From Bacteroidota bacterium (GTDB lineage: Bacteria > Bacteroidota > Bacteroidia > Bacteroidales > ML635J-15), in NCBI GenBank assembly GCA_029564465.1, contig JAKQPY010000062.1, positions 4,230 to 68,229 on the forward strand: 64,000 nucleotides of DNA. The letters are read 5' to 3'. Of the stretch, positions 1 through 12,816 are shown piece by piece. Both the position numbers and the translations under genes were made by a program. The notes beneath the pieces were generated by a model, which was not told the origin of the DNA, did not search any database, and was given only the letters and a program-made list of their open reading frames with translations. How positions within the stretch are numbered: position 1 is the first letter of the stretch; each line of letters starts with the position of its first letter.

Positions 1-250
1 GGCCGTTGGCCTGTTCAAACTTTGCAATATTGTCCTTGAGTGCCAGCATCAGCCTTTTGGCATGTTCGGGGGTAAGAATTATCCTCGACTTCACCTGGGC
101 CTTGGGCACTCCCGGCATGATTCGTACAAAATCAACAATAAACTCAGCGTTGCTGTGGGTAATCACCGCAAGGTTAGAGTAGGTTCCCTGAGCAACATCC
201 TCTTTAAGTTCGATGCTGATCTGGTTTTGTTTTTGCATTTTATCGTCCAT
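1..250 (-). CDS. DUF3467 family protein (3' end runs off window)
   Basis: Translated by hand from ATG at 250: MDDKMQKQNQISIELKEDVAQGTYSNLAVITHSNAEFIVDFVRIMPGVPKAQVKSRIILTPEHAKRL. YSN/EFIVDF/RIILTPEHAK motifs fit DUF3467, a usual rpoC neighbour in Bacteroidota. Absent from ORF track. Confidence 0.85.
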   Translation of the reverse strand, partial: MDDKMQKQNQISIELKEDVAQGTYSNLAVITHSNAEFIVDFVRIMPGVPKAQVKSRIILTPEHAKRLMLALKDNIAKFEQANG

Positions 251-258
251 GGCTAGCC

Positions 259-3200
259 TTATTGGTCAATGTGTTCATATTTCTCGGTCATATACACCAT
301 CTCTTCCTTATTGCCTACCAGATATTCCTGATATTCGCGCAGACCGGTACCGGCCGGAATAAGATGGCCCACAATTACGTTCTCTTTCAAACCATCGAGT
401 GGATCGATTTTTCCACTGATAGCAGCTTCATTCAGAACCTTAGTGGTTTCCTGGAACGAAGCAGCCGACATAAAGCTCTTGGTTTGCAGTGCTGCTCTGG
501 TAATACCCTGCAACACCTGGCTCGATGTTGCAGGAATAGCGTCGCGTGAATCGATAAGTTTCATATCCTTACGTTTCAGCATCGAGTTTTCGTCACGCAG
601 CTTACGGGCCGATATAATCTGGCCTGCGTGAACCGAAGTCGAATCGCCCGGATCAACAACCACCTTCTTATCGAAAATGGCATCGTTCACTTCGCGGAAC
701 TCCCATTTGTCAACAATCTGTTTTTCGAGGAATCGGGTATCGCCCGGATCTTCAATTTCAACTTTACGCATCATCTGGCGAACAATCACTTCGTAATGCT
801 TATCGTTGATTTTCACACCCTGCATACGGTACACTTCCTGTACTTCGTTCACAATATATTCCTGAACCATGGTTGGTCCTTTAATATTCAGAATATCAAT
901 CGGGGTAATGGCACCTTCCGATAGCGGTGTTCCTGCTCTAACAAAGTCGCTGTCCTGCACCAGTATCTGTTTCGATAGGGGAACCAGGTAACGTTTTTCT
1001 TCGTTTTCTTTCGAGCGGATGATAATCTCGCGGTTACCACGTTTAATCTTACCGAATTCCACCTGACCATTGATTTCGCAAACAATAGCCGGATTCGACG
1101 GATTACGTGCCTCAAACAACTCGGTAACACGGGGCAAACCACCGGTGATGTCACCTCCTTTTCCTACCACCCTCGGAATTTTCACGAGAATTTTACCGGC
1201 AACCACCTTTTCGTTATCCTGAACAATAATGTGTGCGCCAACAGGCAGGTTATAAGTCTTCAACAAATCGTTCTTGCTGCTGAGAATGCGAACCACAGGA
1301 ATTTTGGTTTTATCGCGTGTTTCGATAATAACCTTTTCGCGATATCCGGTTTGTTCGTCAGCTTCTTCGCGATACGTAATACCTTCAATCACATTTTCGA
1401 AATCAACCTTACCGGTAACTTCGGTGATAATAACCGAGTTAAACGGATCCCAACTACAAATAACAGAACCCTTATCGACAACCTGACCCGGTTTAACAAA
1501 CAGTTTCGAACCATAGGGAATGTTGTTGGTAACGATAACAATGCCGGTATTTTTATCAACCAGACGCATTTCGGCCATACGACCAATAACGATATCAACT
1601 TTTTCGCCCATTTCGTCCACATACTCAACCGTACGGAGGTCGTCAATTTCGACAATACCGTCGTATTTCACCGAGATTGTTGATTCGGTAGCAATGTTAC
1701 CTGCAACCCCCCCAACGTGGAATGTACGCAGGGTAAGCTGTGTTCCAGGTTCCCCGATCGACTGGGCAGCAATAACACCGACAGCCTCACCTCGTTGAAC
1801 CATACGCCCGTTGGCCAGATTTCGTCCATAACACTTGGCGCAAACACCGCGTTTTGATTCGCAGGTAAGAACCGACCTGATTTCTACCTCCTCGATGGGA
1901 GACAAATCAATAACAGTAGCAATATCTTCAGTAATTTCCTGTCCGGCTGCCACAATCAGTTCGCCGGTTTGAGGATGGTAAATATCATGAACCGTTGTGC
2001 GACCCAAAATACGTTCATAAAGGGTTTCAACAACTTCTTCATTCTTCTTAATCGTAGTAGCAATCAGTCCGCGAAGGGTTCCGCAGTCTTCTTCGGTAAT
2101 AACTATATCCTGCGCCACGTCAACCAAACGACGGGTCAAATAACCAGCATCAGCGGTTTTCAGTGCGGTATCGGCCAACCCTTTACGGGCACCGTGGGTC
2201 GAGATAAAGTACTCAAGAATTGACAGACCTTCCTTAAAATTGGCAAGAATCGGGTTTTCGATAATTTCGGCACCGGTTGAAACCGATTTCTGAGGTTTAC
2301 CCATAAGACCCCTCATCCCGCAAAGCTGTCGAATCTGTTCGTTAGAACCACGGGCGCCCGAGTTAAGCATCATATACACTGAGTTGAATCCCTGATTGTC
2401 TTCCGATAATTGCTTCATCACCTCTTTGGCAAGGTTGGCATTTACGTGAGTCCACACGTCGATAACCTGATTGTAGCGTTCGTTGTTGGTGATAAAGCCG
2501 GCTTCATAATTGGCGCGGATTTCTTCCACCTGCTTGTATCCTTCTTCGATGAGCACCTGTTTCTTGGCAGGAACGATCACATTGTCGAGGTTAAACGACA
2601 ATCCGCCCTTGAAAGCCATACTGAATCCCAGGTCTTTAATATCGTCGAGGAATTTGGCCGTGGCTGCTGTTCCCGATTTCTTCAACACATTACCAATGAT
2701 GGTACGCAAGGATTTTTTAGTCAGCAGTTCGTTGATATAGCCCACTTCGCGCGGCACCGTCTGATTAAACAACACGCGACCACAGGTAGTTTCTATCAGG
2801 TGGTTAATGTAATTACCATCCTTATCGATATCATTAACTTTTACCTTAATTTTTGCATGGAGGGCCAGTTTACCTTCGTTGTATGCAATGATAACCTCTT
2901 TGGGGCTATAGAAGGAATATCCTTCGCCCAGCGCGCCATTACGGTGTTTGGTGATATAATAGAGTCCAAGAACCATATCCTGCGATGGAACCGTAATAGG
3001 TGCTCCGTTGGCAGGGTTCAGAATATTGTGTGAAGCCAACATCAGCAATTGTGCTTCGAGAATGGCCTCGTTGCCCAGTGGCAAATGCACGGCCATCTGG
3101 TCACCGTCGAAGTCAGCGTTGAAAGCGGTACATACAAGCGGGTGAAGCTGAATGGCCTTGCCTTCGATAAGTTTTGGCTGGAAAGCCTGAATACCGAGGC

Positions 3201-4527
3201 GGTGAAGTGTCGGGGCACGGTTAAGCATAACGGGGTGTCCTTTCAATACATTTTCGAGGATGTCCCATATAACTGAATCGCGGCGTTCCACAATTTTCTT
3301 GGCTGATTTCACCGTTTTCACAATACCTCTTTCAATTAGTTTTCTAATAATGAAAGGTTTATAGAGTTCGGCTGCCATATCTTTGGGTAATCCGCATTCA
3401 TGCATTTTCAGCTCTGGACCCACCACAATAACCGAACGTGCCGAATAGTCAACCCTTTTACCAAGTAGGTTCTGACGGAAACGTCCCTGTTTCCCTTTGA
3501 GGCTGTCGCTTAATGACTTCAGTGGTCGGTTGGCTTCAGTTTTAACGGCGTTCGATTTACGTGAGTTGTCGAATAATGAATCGACCGCTTCCTGAAGCAT
3601 TCGTTTTTCGTTTCGGAGAATGACTTCGGGTGCTTTAATTTCGAGCAAGCGTTTCAGGCGGTTGTTTCTGATGATGACCCTGCGGTAGAGGTCGTTGAGA
3701 TCGGATGTAGCAAAACGTCCGCCATCAAGAGGAACCAGTGGGCGCAATTCGGGTGGAATCACGGGGATAACCTTCATAATCATCCACTCCGGATTGTTTT
3801 TTCCATCCGATTCACGGAAAGCTTCTACCACGCTCAGTCTTTTCAGAGCTTCGTTTTTACGCTGTTGAGAAGTTTCTTTTCCGGCTTTATCGCGCAGGTC
3901 GTACGAGAGTTCATCAAGGTTAATTCTTAGCAGCAGTTCATAAAGTGCTTCAGCACCCATTTTGGCGATAAACTTATTCGGATCTTCGTCTGGAAGCATT
4001 TGGTTTTCTTTGGGAAGGGCATCCAGAATTTCCAGGTATTCATCCTCTGACAACAAATCGAGTTCGTTTACACCATCGGCTTGCTTCATTCCGGACTGAA
4101 TGACAATGTATCTTTCGTAATAAACCACAGCATCAAGTTTCTTCGAGGGCAAACCCAGAAGATACCCAATTTTATTGGGCAGGGTCTTAAAGTACCAAAT
4201 GTGGGCAACGGGAACTTCTAGTTTAATGTGACCCATGCGTTCGCGACGCACTTTTTTCTCGGTAACTTCAACACCGCAACGATCGCAGACAATACCTTTA
4301 TACCTGATGCGTTTGTATTTTCCGCAGTGGCATTCGTAATCTTTTACCGGACCAAAGATTCGCTCACAGAAAAGACCGTCTCTTTCGGGTTTATAGGTTC
4401 GGTAATTGATGGTTTCAGGTTTTGTAACTTCACCGCTCGACCTGTCGAGGATATCTTCGGGCGAGGCCAGACTGATGCTGATTCTCGAAAAATTTGTTTT
4501 TACTTTTGTGTCTTTTCTGAAAGCCAT
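259..4527 (-). CDS. rpoC: DNA-directed RNA polymerase subunit beta'
   Basis: [12 protein letters not shown] catalytic motif, N-terminal Zn finger (CHCGKY...CDRC), 1422 aa. Confidence 0.99.
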   Translation of the reverse strand: MAFRKDTKVKTNFSRISISLASPEDILDRSSGEVTKPETINYRTYKPERDGLFCERIFGPVKDYECHCGKYKRIRYKGIVCDRCGVEVTEKKVRRERMGHIKLEVPVAHIWYFKTLPNKIGYLLGLPSKKLDAVVYYERYIVIQSGMKQADGVNELDLLSEDEYLEILDALPKENQMLPDEDPNKFIAKMGAEALYELLLRINLDELSYDLRDKAGKETSQQRKNEALKRLSVVEAFRESDGKNNPEWMIMKVIPVIPPELRPLVPLDGGRFATSDLNDLYRRVIIRNNRLKRLLEIKAPEVILRNEKRMLQEAVDSLFDNSRKSNAVKTEANRPLKSLSDSLKGKQGRFRQNLLGKRVDYSARSVIVVGPELKMHECGLPKDMAAELYKPFIIRKLIERGIVKTVKSAKKIVERRDSVIWDILENVLKGHPVMLNRAPTLHRLGIQAFQPKLIEGKAIQLHPLVCTAFNADFDGDQMAVHLPLGNEAILEAQLLMLASHNILNPANGAPITVPSQDMVLGLYYITKHRNGALGEGYSFYSPKEVIIAYNEGKLALHAKIKVKVNDIDKDGNYINHLIETTCGRVLFNQTVPREVGYINELLTKKSLRTIIGNVLKKSGTAATAKFLDDIKDLGFSMAFKGGLSFNLDNVIVPAKKQVLIEEGYKQVEEIRANYEAGFITNNERYNQVIDVWTHVNANLAKEVMKQLSEDNQGFNSVYMMLNSGARGSNEQIRQLCGMRGLMGKPQKSVSTGAEIIENPILANFKEGLSILEYFISTHGARKGLADTALKTADAGYLTRRLVDVAQDIVITEEDCGTLRGLIATTIKKNEEVVETLYERILGRTTVHDIYHPQTGELIVAAGQEITEDIATVIDLSPIEEVEIRSVLTCESKRGVCAKCYGRNLANGRMVQRGEAVGVIAAQSIGEPGTQLTLRTFHVGGVAGNIATESTISVKYDGIVEIDDLRTVEYVDEMGEKVDIVIGRMAEMRLVDKNTGIVIVTNNIPYGSKLFVKPGQVVDKGSVICSWDPFNSVIITEVTGKVDFENVIEGITYREEADEQTGYREKVIIETRDKTKIPVVRILSSKNDLLKTYNLPVGAHIIVQDNEKVVAGKILVKIPRVVGKGGDITGGLPRVTELFEARNPSNPAIVCEINGQVEFGKIKRGNREIIIRSKENEEKRYLVPLSKQILVQDSDFVRAGTPLSEGAITPIDILNIKGPTMVQEYIVNEVQEVYRMQGVKINDKHYEVIVRQMMRKVEIEDPGDTRFLEKQIVDKWEFREVNDAIFDKKVVVDPGDSTSVHAGQIISARKLRDENSMLKRKDMKLIDSRDAIPATSSQVLQGITRAALQTKSFMSAASFQETTKVLNEAAISGKIDPLDGLKENVIVGHLIPAGTGLREYQEYLVGNKEEMVYMTEKYEHIDQ

Positions 4528-4570
4528 ATCAAAAAACTATATTCAATTTTTAAAACGTAAACTATCACTA

Positions 4571-7500
4571 TTATTCGAGTTCGACGTTGAGCCCGAGACC
4601 CCTCATTTCGTGAAGCAGTACATTGAGTGATTCAGGAACACCGGGTTCCGGCATGGGATCACCTTTAACTACGGCTTCGTAGGTCTTAGCACGTCCAATA
4701 ACGTCGTCCGACTTAATGGTTAAAATTTCGCGGAGGATGTGAGATGCACCAAATGCTTCGAGTGCCCAAACCTCCATTTCGCCGAATCGCTGACCACCAA
4801 ACTGAGCTTTACCACCCAAGGGTTGCTGTGTAATCAGTGAATATGGCCCAATCGAACGGGCATGCATTTTATCTTCGACCATGTGACCCAGTTTAAGCAT
4901 GTAAATAACGCCGACTGTGGCTGGTTGGTCGAATTTCATTCCGGTGCCTCCATCATAAAGGTGGCATTTACCATAACGGGGCACACCTGCTTTATCAGTA
5001 TATTCATTAATCTGATCGATGGTAGCTCCGTCGAAAATAGGAGTGGCAAATTTCAACCCAAGTTTTTCGCCGGCCCATCCCAACACGGTTTCATAAATCT
5101 GTCCGAGGTTCATACGCGAAGGCACACCCAACGGGTTCAATACGATGTCGACAGGTGTTCCGTCTTCGAGGAAAGGCATATCTTCCTGACGAACAATCTT
5201 GGCAACAATACCCTTATTTCCGTGACGTCCTGCAAGTTTATCACCAACTGTAATTTTACGTTTGCTGGCAAGATATACTTTCGCAAGCTGAACAATACCG
5301 GCTGGGAGTTCGTCACCAATCGAAATATTTAAACGCTTTCTGCGGGCTTCACCTTCATACTTCTTGTACTCAATCATATAGTTGAAGAGAAGCTTTTCGA
5401 TAAGGTCGTTCTTCTTTTTATCAGTTGTCCACTTGGTGGGGTTCACGTTAATATAGTCAACCTCATACAAGGATTTCTGAGTGAATTTATTTCCCTTGGT
5501 TATTACATCATTACCCAGGTTATCTTTTACACCCTGTGATGTTTTACCATTCACAATAAAGAACAGTTTTTCAACCAGAATTTCTTTGAGGGCATCTGTT
5601 TTCTTTTGCAGCTCACTTTCGATAGCATCAAGCAGTGCCTTATCCTGATTCTTGGTCTTACGGTCTTTAATGGTTTTTGAGAAAAGTTTTTTATCGATAA
5701 CCACACCATTGGTCGAAGGCGATGCCTTAAGAGAAGCGTCCTTCACATCACCGGCTTTTTCACCGAAAATAGCCCTGAGGAGCTTTTCTTCGGGTGATGG
5801 GTCTGATTCACCTTTGGGGGTAATTTTACCAATGAGAATGTCACCAGGTTTCACATAGGCTCCGATACGGATAATACCGTTTTCGTCGAGGTCCTTGGTA
5901 GCGGTTTCGCTTACATTGGGAATATCGGAAGTAAGTTCTTCGAGACCACGTTTTGTGTCGCGAACTTCGAGTTGGTGCTCTTCGATGTGTATCGAAGTGA
6001 AGAAATCTTCGCGTACTACTTTTTCGTTGATAACAATAGCATCTTCGAAGTTGTATCCTTTCCAGGGCATGAAAGCCACTTTAAGGTTACGTCCAATGGC
6101 CAGTTCACCGTCGCGGGTTGCGTAACCTTCGGTCAGAATCTGACCTTTGGTAACCCGTTCGCCTTTGCGGACAATGGGTTTCTGGTTAACGCAGGTGCTT
6201 TGGTTGGTTTTCATGAACTTCTGCAGATCATATACTTTCACATCATCGGTGAACGACACAAAACGGTCTTCTTCGGTGAGGTCGTAACGAACAATTATCT
6301 GACGTGCATCAACATATTCCACTATGCCATTACCATCGGCAACAATAAGAATTCTGGAGTCACGAGCCACTTCATGCTCAATACCGGTACCTACGATGGG
6401 CGCTTCGGGTTTAAGCAGTGGAACAGCCTGACGCATCATGTTCGATCCCATCAAAGCACGGTTGGCATCGTCGTGTTCCAGGAATGGAATCAACGAAGCT
6501 GCGATAGAGGCAATCTGGTTTGGAGCAACGTCCATCAGATGTACCGACTCGCGTTCAGCAAGTGGGTAATCGGCTTCGAGACGTGCTTTTACCCGTTTGT
6601 TGGCAAAAAGACCAGTTTCTTCCAACTGGGCATTTGCCTGGGCAATTATTTTATTTTCTTCTTCCTCGGCGGTCATAAATACCACTTCGCCCGAAAGATC
6701 AACTTTTCCTTCTTCAACAAGTCGGTAAGGTGTTTCGATGAAACCCAGCTTATTGATTTTGGCAAATACGCACAACGATGAAATCAGACCGATGTTCGGA
6801 CCTTCGGGTGTTTCAATCGGACAAAGGCGTCCATAGTGGGTGTAGTGCACGTCGCGCACTTCGAAACCGGCACGCTCACGCGACAAACCACCGGGTCCCA
6901 AGGCTGACATACGGCGTTTATGTGTCATTTCAGCCAGTGGGTTGGTCTGGTCCATAAACTGCGAAAGCTGATTGGTTCCAAAGAATGAATTAATCACCGA
7001 AGACAAGGTCTTGGAATTAATCAGATCGATGGGATGGAAAACTTCGTTATCGCGTACGTTCATACGTTCGCGGATGGTGCGTGCCATACGGGCCAGTCCA
7101 ACGCCAAATTGACCGGCCAGCTGCTCTCCTACCGTTCTTACACGGCGATTACTCAAGTGGTCGATGTCATCGATATCAGCTTTTGAATTTATCAGTTCGA
7201 TGAGATATTTGATGATGGCAATAATATCGTCTTTAGTAAGAACCTTAATATTCTCGGGAATTTCAAGGTTCAGTTTTTTATTTAAACGGTAACGGCCTAC
7301 TTCGCCTAAATCATAACGTTTATCAGAAAAGAAAAGTTTATCGATCACGTCGCGTGCTGTTGCATCATCGGGGGGTTCACTATTACGCAACTGCCTGTAG
7401 ATGTGAACAACGGCTTCTTTTTCGGAGTTACACGGGTCTTTCTGCAGGGTATTATAAATAATCGCGAAGTCAGAAGTTTTCTGGTTTTCTTTATGCAACA

Positions 7501-8377
7501 AAACCGTTTTTGCACCCGAATCAACAATCATATCGATATGTTCGTTGGCCAGGGCAATCTCGCGGTCTACCACCACTTCGTTACGCTCAATTGATACAAC
7601 TTCGCCCGTATCCTCATCAACAAAATCTTCGGTCCATGTTCTCAGCACACGTGCTGCCAAACGACGTCCCAATACTTTTTTGAGGGCAGTTTTACTTACT
7701 TTTATTTCTTCGGCGAGGTTAAAGATTTCGAGGATTTCTTTATCACTTTCGAAACCGATAGCACGCAACAATGTGGTTACGGGCAATTTCTTTTTACGGT
7801 CGATGTACGCATACATCACCGAGTTGATATCGGTTGCAAATTCAATCCACGAACCTTTGAACGGGATAATTCTGGCGGAGTAGAGTTTTGTTCCGTTGGT
7901 GTGAACACTTTGTCCGAAGAAAACGCCGGGAGATCTGTGTAGTTGCGACACCACCACCCTTTCGGCACCATTAATAACGAAGGTACCTCCGGGTGTCATA
8001 TAAGGAACCGTACCCAACCACACATCCTGAATGGTAGTTTCAAAATCTTCGTGATCGGGATCGGTGCAATAAAGTTTCAACTTTGCTTTGAGGGGAACGC
8101 TATAGGTTAAACCGCGTTCAACACACTCCTGAATTGAATAACGTGGCAGATCGACCGAGTAATCCAAAAACTCGAGAACAAAGTTATTTCGCGTATCGGT
8201 AATCGGAAAGTTTTCCTGAAATACCTGATACAATAACTCGTTCTTACGCTGTTCTGCTGTTGATTCGATTTGGAAAAATTCACGGAAGGATTTCAATTGA
8301 ACTTCCAGAAAATCAGGATATTCGAGCTGATTTTTATTGGATGCAAAATTGATTCGTTCGTTTGTTTTTATGGCCAT
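4571..8377 (-). CDS. rpoB: DNA-directed RNA polymerase subunit beta
   Basis: [44 protein letters not shown] motifs. Confidence 0.99.
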   Translation of the reverse strand: MAIKTNERINFASNKNQLEYPDFLEVQLKSFREFFQIESTAEQRKNELLYQVFQENFPITDTRNNFVLEFLDYSVDLPRYSIQECVERGLTYSVPLKAKLKLYCTDPDHEDFETTIQDVWLGTVPYMTPGGTFVINGAERVVVSQLHRSPGVFFGQSVHTNGTKLYSARIIPFKGSWIEFATDINSVMYAYIDRKKKLPVTTLLRAIGFESDKEILEIFNLAEEIKVSKTALKKVLGRRLAARVLRTWTEDFVDEDTGEVVSIERNEVVVDREIALANEHIDMIVDSGAKTVLLHKENQKTSDFAIIYNTLQKDPCNSEKEAVVHIYRQLRNSEPPDDATARDVIDKLFFSDKRYDLGEVGRYRLNKKLNLEIPENIKVLTKDDIIAIIKYLIELINSKADIDDIDHLSNRRVRTVGEQLAGQFGVGLARMARTIRERMNVRDNEVFHPIDLINSKTLSSVINSFFGTNQLSQFMDQTNPLAEMTHKRRMSALGPGGLSRERAGFEVRDVHYTHYGRLCPIETPEGPNIGLISSLCVFAKINKLGFIETPYRLVEEGKVDLSGEVVFMTAEEEENKIIAQANAQLEETGLFANKRVKARLEADYPLAERESVHLMDVAPNQIASIAASLIPFLEHDDANRALMGSNMMRQAVPLLKPEAPIVGTGIEHEVARDSRILIVADGNGIVEYVDARQIIVRYDLTEEDRFVSFTDDVKVYDLQKFMKTNQSTCVNQKPIVRKGERVTKGQILTEGYATRDGELAIGRNLKVAFMPWKGYNFEDAIVINEKVVREDFFTSIHIEEHQLEVRDTKRGLEELTSDIPNVSETATKDLDENGIIRIGAYVKPGDILIGKITPKGESDPSPEEKLLRAIFGEKAGDVKDASLKASPSTNGVVIDKKLFSKTIKDRKTKNQDKALLDAIESELQKKTDALKEILVEKLFFIVNGKTSQGVKDNLGNDVITKGNKFTQKSLYEVDYINVNPTKWTTDKKKNDLIEKLLFNYMIEYKKYEGEARRKRLNISIGDELPAGIVQLAKVYLASKRKITVGDKLAGRHGNKGIVAKIVRQEDMPFLEDGTPVDIVLNPLGVPSRMNLGQIYETVLGWAGEKLGLKFATPIFDGATIDQINEYTDKAGVPRYGKCHLYDGGTGMKFDQPATVGVIYMLKLGHMVEDKMHARSIGPYSLITQQPLGGKAQFGGQRFGEMEVWALEAFGASHILREILTIKSDDVIGRAKTYEAVVKGDPMPEPGVPESLNVLLHEMRGLGLNVELE

Positions 8378-8414
8378 TGATACTATTTTAAAAAAAGAAC
8401 TAAATCAATAACAA

Positions 8415-8450
8415 CGAAAGGTTTAAAACCCGTTACCGGGTTTTAAACCT
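8415..8450 (-). terminator. rplL-rpoB intergenic hairpin (attenuator/terminator-like)
   Basis: Perfect 14-bp inverted repeat AGGTTTAAAACCCG / CGGGTTTTAAACCT (8419-8450). GTAA loop on minus strand, followed by an imperfect T-rich tail. Confidence 0.65.
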
Positions 8451-8474
8451 AAAAATTACATTCAGCGGGCGAAG

Positions 8475-8852
8475 TTATTTAACTTCAACTTCGGCTCCTG
8501 CTTCTTCGAGTTTAGCTTTTAATGAGTCGGCTTCGTCTTTCGATACTTTTTCTTTTACCGGTTTTGGAGCAGCGTCAACCAAATCTTTGGCTTCTTTGAG
8601 ACCCAAACCAGTGAGTTCTTTAACGAGTTTTACAACCTGAAGTTTTGCGAGTCCGGCGCCTTTAAGAATCACGTCGAATTCTGTTTGTTCTTCAACTACG
8701 GCAGCAGCGGCAACGGCTGCGGGAGCGGCAACAACGGCTGCAGCAGCAGCGGGTTCAATTCCGTATTCGTTTTTGAGGATGTCTGCCAATTCATTTACTT
8801 CTTTTACTGTAAGATTAACTAACTCTTCAGCTAATTTTTTTAAGTCTGCCAT
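8475..8852 (-). CDS. rplL: 50S ribosomal protein L7/L12
   Basis: Ala-rich hinge, [22 protein letters not shown]. Confidence 0.99.
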   Translation of the reverse strand: MADLKKLAEELVNLTVKEVNELADILKNEYGIEPAAAAAVVAAPAAVAAAAVVEEQTEFDVILKGAGLAKLQVVKLVKELTGLGLKEAKDLVDAAPKPVKEKVSKDEADSLKAKLEEAGAEVEVK

Positions 8853-8887
8853 TTTACTTTGAATTTAATATTGTTTTACCAATTGTT

Positions 8888-9406
8888 TTATTCTCTCTCT
8901 GACAGTGTTTTTACAACACCACCAATAATGTTTTTGCCTGAATTTAACTGGCCAAGAACGGTTTTCATCGGCGATTGCAGCAACATAATCACATCACCAA
9001 TCAATTCGTACTTCGACTTGATGGTAATGAGAGCATCGAGCTGGTCGGCGCCAACATATATCGATTCTTCGGCATAAGCTGCTTTCAGAACGGGCTTAGC
9101 ATGGTTTTTCGTAAAATCCCTGATAAGTTTTCCCGGAGCGGAGGCTGTATTTGAAAACAATACTGCGGTATTGTTTTTCATAGCAGGGTATAATTCCTGC
9201 AAATCCATACCCGCACGTTCGAGTGCCAACTTAAAGAGGGTGTTTTTCACAACTACCATCTTAATATCCTGTTCAAAGCATTTGCGCCGGAGATCAGATA
9301 CATCCTGAGCATTCAGATCGGCTGCGTCAGTCAGATAAAAGTGACTGTACGACTGGATCTGAGTTTTCAATTGTTCTATCAGGGCATCTTTTTCTTCACG
9401 TTTCAT
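8888..9406 (-). CDS. rplJ: 50S ribosomal protein L10
   Basis: VVKNTL motif, position between rplA and rplL. Confidence 0.97.
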   Translation of the reverse strand: MKREEKDALIEQLKTQIQSYSHFYLTDAADLNAQDVSDLRRKCFEQDIKMVVVKNTLFKLALERAGMDLQELYPAMKNNTAVLFSNTASAPGKLIRDFTKNHAKPVLKAAYAEESIYVGADQLDALITIKSKYELIGDVIMLLQSPMKTVLGQLNSGKNIIGGVVKTLSERE

Positions 9407-9428
9407 AACATGCTGATTCTTAAAATTA

Positions 9429-10121
9429 CTAAACGATTGATTTTGGTTCGATTTCGATACCCGGGCTCATAGTGCTCGACAGGAAAATACTTTGAATGTA
9501 CGTTCCCTTTGCTGCAGTTGGTTTCAGTTTCACAATGGTCTGAACCAGTTCGCGGGCATTTTCGGCAATTTTATCGGGTTCGAACGAAACCTTTCCGATT
9601 CCGGCATGGATGATTCCATACTTATCGACCTTAAAATCAATTTTACCTTTTTTCACATCAAGAACAGCCTTACCGACTTCCTGAGTAACGGTACCCGATT
9701 TGGGATTTGGCATGAGGCCTCGGGGACCCAATACCCTACCCAGTTTACCGATTTTGGCCATTACCTGAGGCTGAGTGATAATAATATCAATGTCAGTCCA
9801 TCCGGCAGTTATTTTTTCGATGTAATCATCGAGGCCCACGTAATCGGCACCTGCTTCGGTAGCTTCTTGCTCTTTATCGGGCGTACAAAGCACGAGTACA
9901 CGGATTTGCTTTCCGGTACCATGGGGCAGGGTAGTGACACCGCGAACCATTTGATTGGCTTTGCGGGGGTCAACACCCAACTTCACGTCAATATCAACCG
10001 AAGCGTCGAATTTTGTAAAAGTTATTTCTTTCACAAGGCTTGCGGCATCATTGATGTCGTACTTTTTCCCTTTTTCAAGTTTCGATATAGCCTGTTTCTT
10101 ATTTTTACTTATCCTTGCCAT
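9429..10121 (-). CDS. rplA: 50S ribosomal protein L1
   Basis: [23 protein letters not shown]. Confidence 0.99.
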   Translation of the reverse strand: MARISKNKKQAISKLEKGKKYDINDAASLVKEITFTKFDASVDIDVKLGVDPRKANQMVRGVTTLPHGTGKQIRVLVLCTPDKEQEATEAGADYVGLDDYIEKITAGWTDIDIIITQPQVMAKIGKLGRVLGPRGLMPNPKSGTVTQEVGKAVLDVKKGKIDFKVDKYGIIHAGIGKVSFEPDKIAENARELVQTIVKLKPTAAKGTYIQSIFLSSTMSPGIEIEPKSIV

Positions 10122-10138
10122 CTTAAAAAAGTGCTTAA

Positions 10139-10582
10139 TTAGTTTTTAAAAGGGTCGTCGCCAGTGACGGTGATACCCATACTTCTTGCAGTTCCGGCGA
10201 CCATTTTCATTGCAGCTTCAATCGTAAAGGCATTCAGGTCGGGCATCTTATCCTGAGCGATAGTTTTCACTTCGTCCCAGCTTACCGATCCCACTTTATT
10301 ACGGTTGGGTTCGGGAGAGCCTTTTTTAACCTTCGCCACTTCGATCAGCTGAACAGCAACGGGAGGAGTTTTTACAATAAATTCAAACGACTTGTCGGAA
10401 TACACAGTAATAATTACCGGGAGAACTTTCCCAGCTTTATCCTGTGTTCTGGCGTTGAATTGCTTGCAGAACTCCATGATGTTGACACCTTTCGAACCGA
10501 GGGCAGGACCCACGGGAGGAGAAGGATTGGCAGCACCACCTTTAATCTGCAGTTTGATGAAATTCTCAATTTGTTTTGCCAT
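10139..10582 (-). CDS. rplK: 50S ribosomal protein L11
   Basis: [19 protein letters not shown]. Confidence 0.99.
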   Translation of the reverse strand: MAKQIENFIKLQIKGGAANPSPPVGPALGSKGVNIMEFCKQFNARTQDKAGKVLPVIITVYSDKSFEFIVKTPPVAVQLIEVAKVKKGSPEPNRNKVGSVSWDEVKTIAQDKMPDLNAFTIEAAMKMVAGTARSMGITVTGDDPFKN

Positions 10583-10603
10583 AACGCTTTTTCAAATAAG
10601 TGA

Positions 10604-11161
10604 TTACTCTTTTTCTACCTGCATGAAGCTCAATTCGAGCGGAGTTTTACGGCCAAAAATTTTAACCATAACCTTCAGCTTTTTCTTTTCCTCATGCACT
10701 TCTTCGATGACACCGTTAAAACCATTGAACGGCCCATCAATCACTTTCACCGCTTCGCCAGCAAAGAAGGGTATGTTGATTTCTTCGGAGCTTTCGGTAA
10801 GCTCGTCAACTTTACCTAAAATGCGGGCAACTTCGGCTGGTCGTAAAGGAATAGGTTTACCATCGTTAGAGCCAAGAAAGCCCAGTACACCGGGAACGGC
10901 TTTGATAACATGCTCTACCTCTCCATCAAGTATTGCTTCTATCAAAATGTAACCCGGAAAGAAACTTCTTTCCTTACTGATTTTCTTGCCTTTCCTCACC
11001 TGATAAACTTTCTCGGTTGGGATAAGCACCTGAGATATCTGGTTGCCGAGACCCATTTTAGCGACTTCGTTTTCAAGGTATTCTTTTACCTTTTTTTCCT
11101 TACCGCTAAGGGCTTTAACAACATACCATTTTTTATCAAGTTCACTCATACGACCCTCCAA
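10604..11161 (-). CDS. nusG: Transcription termination/antitermination factor NusG (ATG at 11149 may be the true start)
   Basis: WYVV, FFPGYILIE, KOW motif DGPFNGFNG, IFGRKTPLEL. Confidence 0.98.
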   Translation of the reverse strand: MEGRMSELDKKWYVVKALSGKEKKVKEYLENEVAKMGLGNQISQVLIPTEKVYQVRKGKKISKERSFFPGYILIEAILDGEVEHVIKAVPGVLGFLGSNDGKPIPLRPAEVARILGKVDELTESSEEINIPFFAGEAVKVIDGPFNGFNGVIEEVHEEKKKLKVMVKIFGRKTPLELSFMQVEKE

Positions 11162-11169
11162 CCTTTGGT

Positions 11170-11364
11170 TTAATAAAACAACCCATATAATAACTCAAGA
11201 ATATTCCGGAACGAAACATCCAAGGCGAGTACCATAAGGGCTATGATTAAGGAAGCAACCATTACAACTATTGCGCTTGTCTGCAACTCACTCCATGTTG
11301 GCCACGTAACCTTGTGGGCCAGCTCTTCGTAAGTCTCTTTAAAGTATGTTTTAATTTTAGCCAT
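11170..11364 (-). CDS. secE: Preprotein translocase subunit SecE
   Basis: ELAHKVTWP plus single TM helix, upstream of nusG. Confidence 0.96.
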   Translation of the reverse strand: MAKIKTYFKETYEELAHKVTWPTWSELQTSAIVVMVASLIIALMVLALDVSFRNILELLYGLFY

Positions 11365-11380
11365 ACATTACAAGTTTTTG

Positions 11381-11453
11381 CACGGGTGGCAGGCTTCGAA
11401 CCCACAGCCTATGGTTTTGGAGACCATCGCTCTACCAATTGAGCTACACCCGT
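11381..11453 (-). tRNA. tRNA-Trp (CCA)
   Basis: Cloverleaf ACGGGTGTAGCTCAATTGGTAGAGC...ATGGT-CTCCAAA-ACCAT...GGTTCGAAGCC; 3' CCA not encoded. Confidence 0.96.
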
Positions 11454-11454
11454 A

Positions 11455-11490
11455 AATTAAATGCCGGTACCGGAATACCGGCATTTAATT
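11455..11490 (-). other. 15-bp hairpin between tuf stop and tRNA-Trp
   Basis: AATTAAATGCCGGTA-(6 nt)-TACCGGCATTTAATT perfect inverted repeat. Confidence 0.6.
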
Positions 11491-11499
11491 ATTTGGTAA

Positions 11500-12687
11500 T
11501 TATTCAATAATATCAATAATCTGACCTGCGCCAACGGTGCGACCACCTTCGCGGATTGCAAAACGAAGACCAACATTGCAAGCTACTTCATAAATCAGCT
11601 CGATAGTGATGGTTACGTTATCGCCTGGCATTACCATTTCAACGCCTTCGGGAAGGGTAATTTCACCGGTAATATCGAGAGTTCTGATATAGAACTGCGG
11701 ACGATACTTATTGTGGAACGGAGTGTGACGACCACCTTCTTCTTTCTTCAATACGTAAACTTCGGCTTTTACCTTAGTGTGAGGTTTAATGGAACCGGGT
11801 TTTGCGATTACCATACCCCTCTTGATTTCGTCTTTATCAACACCACGGAGAAGGAGACCTACGTTGTCACCTGCTTCGCCTCTGTCGAGAATTTTACGGA
11901 ACATTTCAACACCGGTAACAACGGTTTTGCGATTTTCGGCACCGAGACCAATGATATTTACTTCTTCACCCGTATTAACAACGCCGGTTTCGATACGACC
12001 GGTAGCTACAGTACCGCGGCCGGTAATCGAGAACACGTCTTCAACAGGCATAAGGAAAGGTTTTTCGTTGTCACGCGGAGGAATGGGAATCCATTCGTCA
12101 ACAGCGGTCATCAATTCCTGAACTTTTTCAACCCATTTGGGTTCAGAGTTCAAAGCACCAAGGGCGGATCCACGAATAACGGGGCCATTGTCGCCATCGA
12201 ATTCGTAGAAACTCAGAAGTTCGCGAACTTCCATTTCAACCAATTCAATAAGTTCTTCATCGTCAACCATGTCAACCTTATTCAGGAAAACAACGATTTT
12301 TGGTACGTTCACCTGACGTGCGAGCAGGATGTGTTCGCGGGTTTGGGGCATCGGACCATCGGTAGCAGCAACCACCAAAATTGCACCGTCCATCTGGGCA
12401 GCACCGGTAACCATGTTCTTCACATAGTCGGCGTGACCCGGACAGTCAACGTGTGCATAGTGACGATTTTTTGTTTCATACTCTACGTGAGCGGTATTAA
12501 TAGTAATACCTCTTTCTTTTTCTTCAGGAGCATTGTCAATCGAATCGAAATCTCTGTACTGAGCCAGACCTTCTGATGCAAGAGATTTTGTAATCGCAGC
12601 AGTCAGGGTGGTTTTACCGTGGTCAACATGGCCGATTGTACCGATGTTAACGTGAGGTTTCGTTCTTGAGAATTTTTCTTTAGCCAT
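11500..12687 (-). CDS. tuf: Elongation factor Tu
   Basis: [29 protein letters not shown]. Confidence 0.99.
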   Translation of the reverse strand: MAKEKFSRTKPHVNIGTIGHVDHGKTTLTAAITKSLASEGLAQYRDFDSIDNAPEEKERGITINTAHVEYETKNRHYAHVDCPGHADYVKNMVTGAAQMDGAILVVAATDGPMPQTREHILLARQVNVPKIVVFLNKVDMVDDEELIELVEMEVRELLSFYEFDGDNGPVIRGSALGALNSEPKWVEKVQELMTAVDEWIPIPPRDNEKPFLMPVEDVFSITGRGTVATGRIETGVVNTGEEVNIIGLGAENRKTVVTGVEMFRKILDRGEAGDNVGLLLRGVDKDEIKRGMVIAKPGSIKPHTKVKAEVYVLKKEEGGRHTPFHNKYRPQFYIRTLDITGEITLPEGVEMVMPGDNVTITIELIYEVACNVGLRFAIREGGRTVGAGQIIDIIE

Positions 12688-12736
12688 GGGTTTAAAATTT
12701 ACAATTTAAGTTGTTAAACAATAAAAAAAATATTTG

Positions 12737-12808
<72 letters not shown>

Positions 12809-12816
12809 AATAAATG

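Noticed and set aside
62-256. Plus-strand 64-aa ORF
   Set aside because: Shadow of the minus-strand DUF3467 gene
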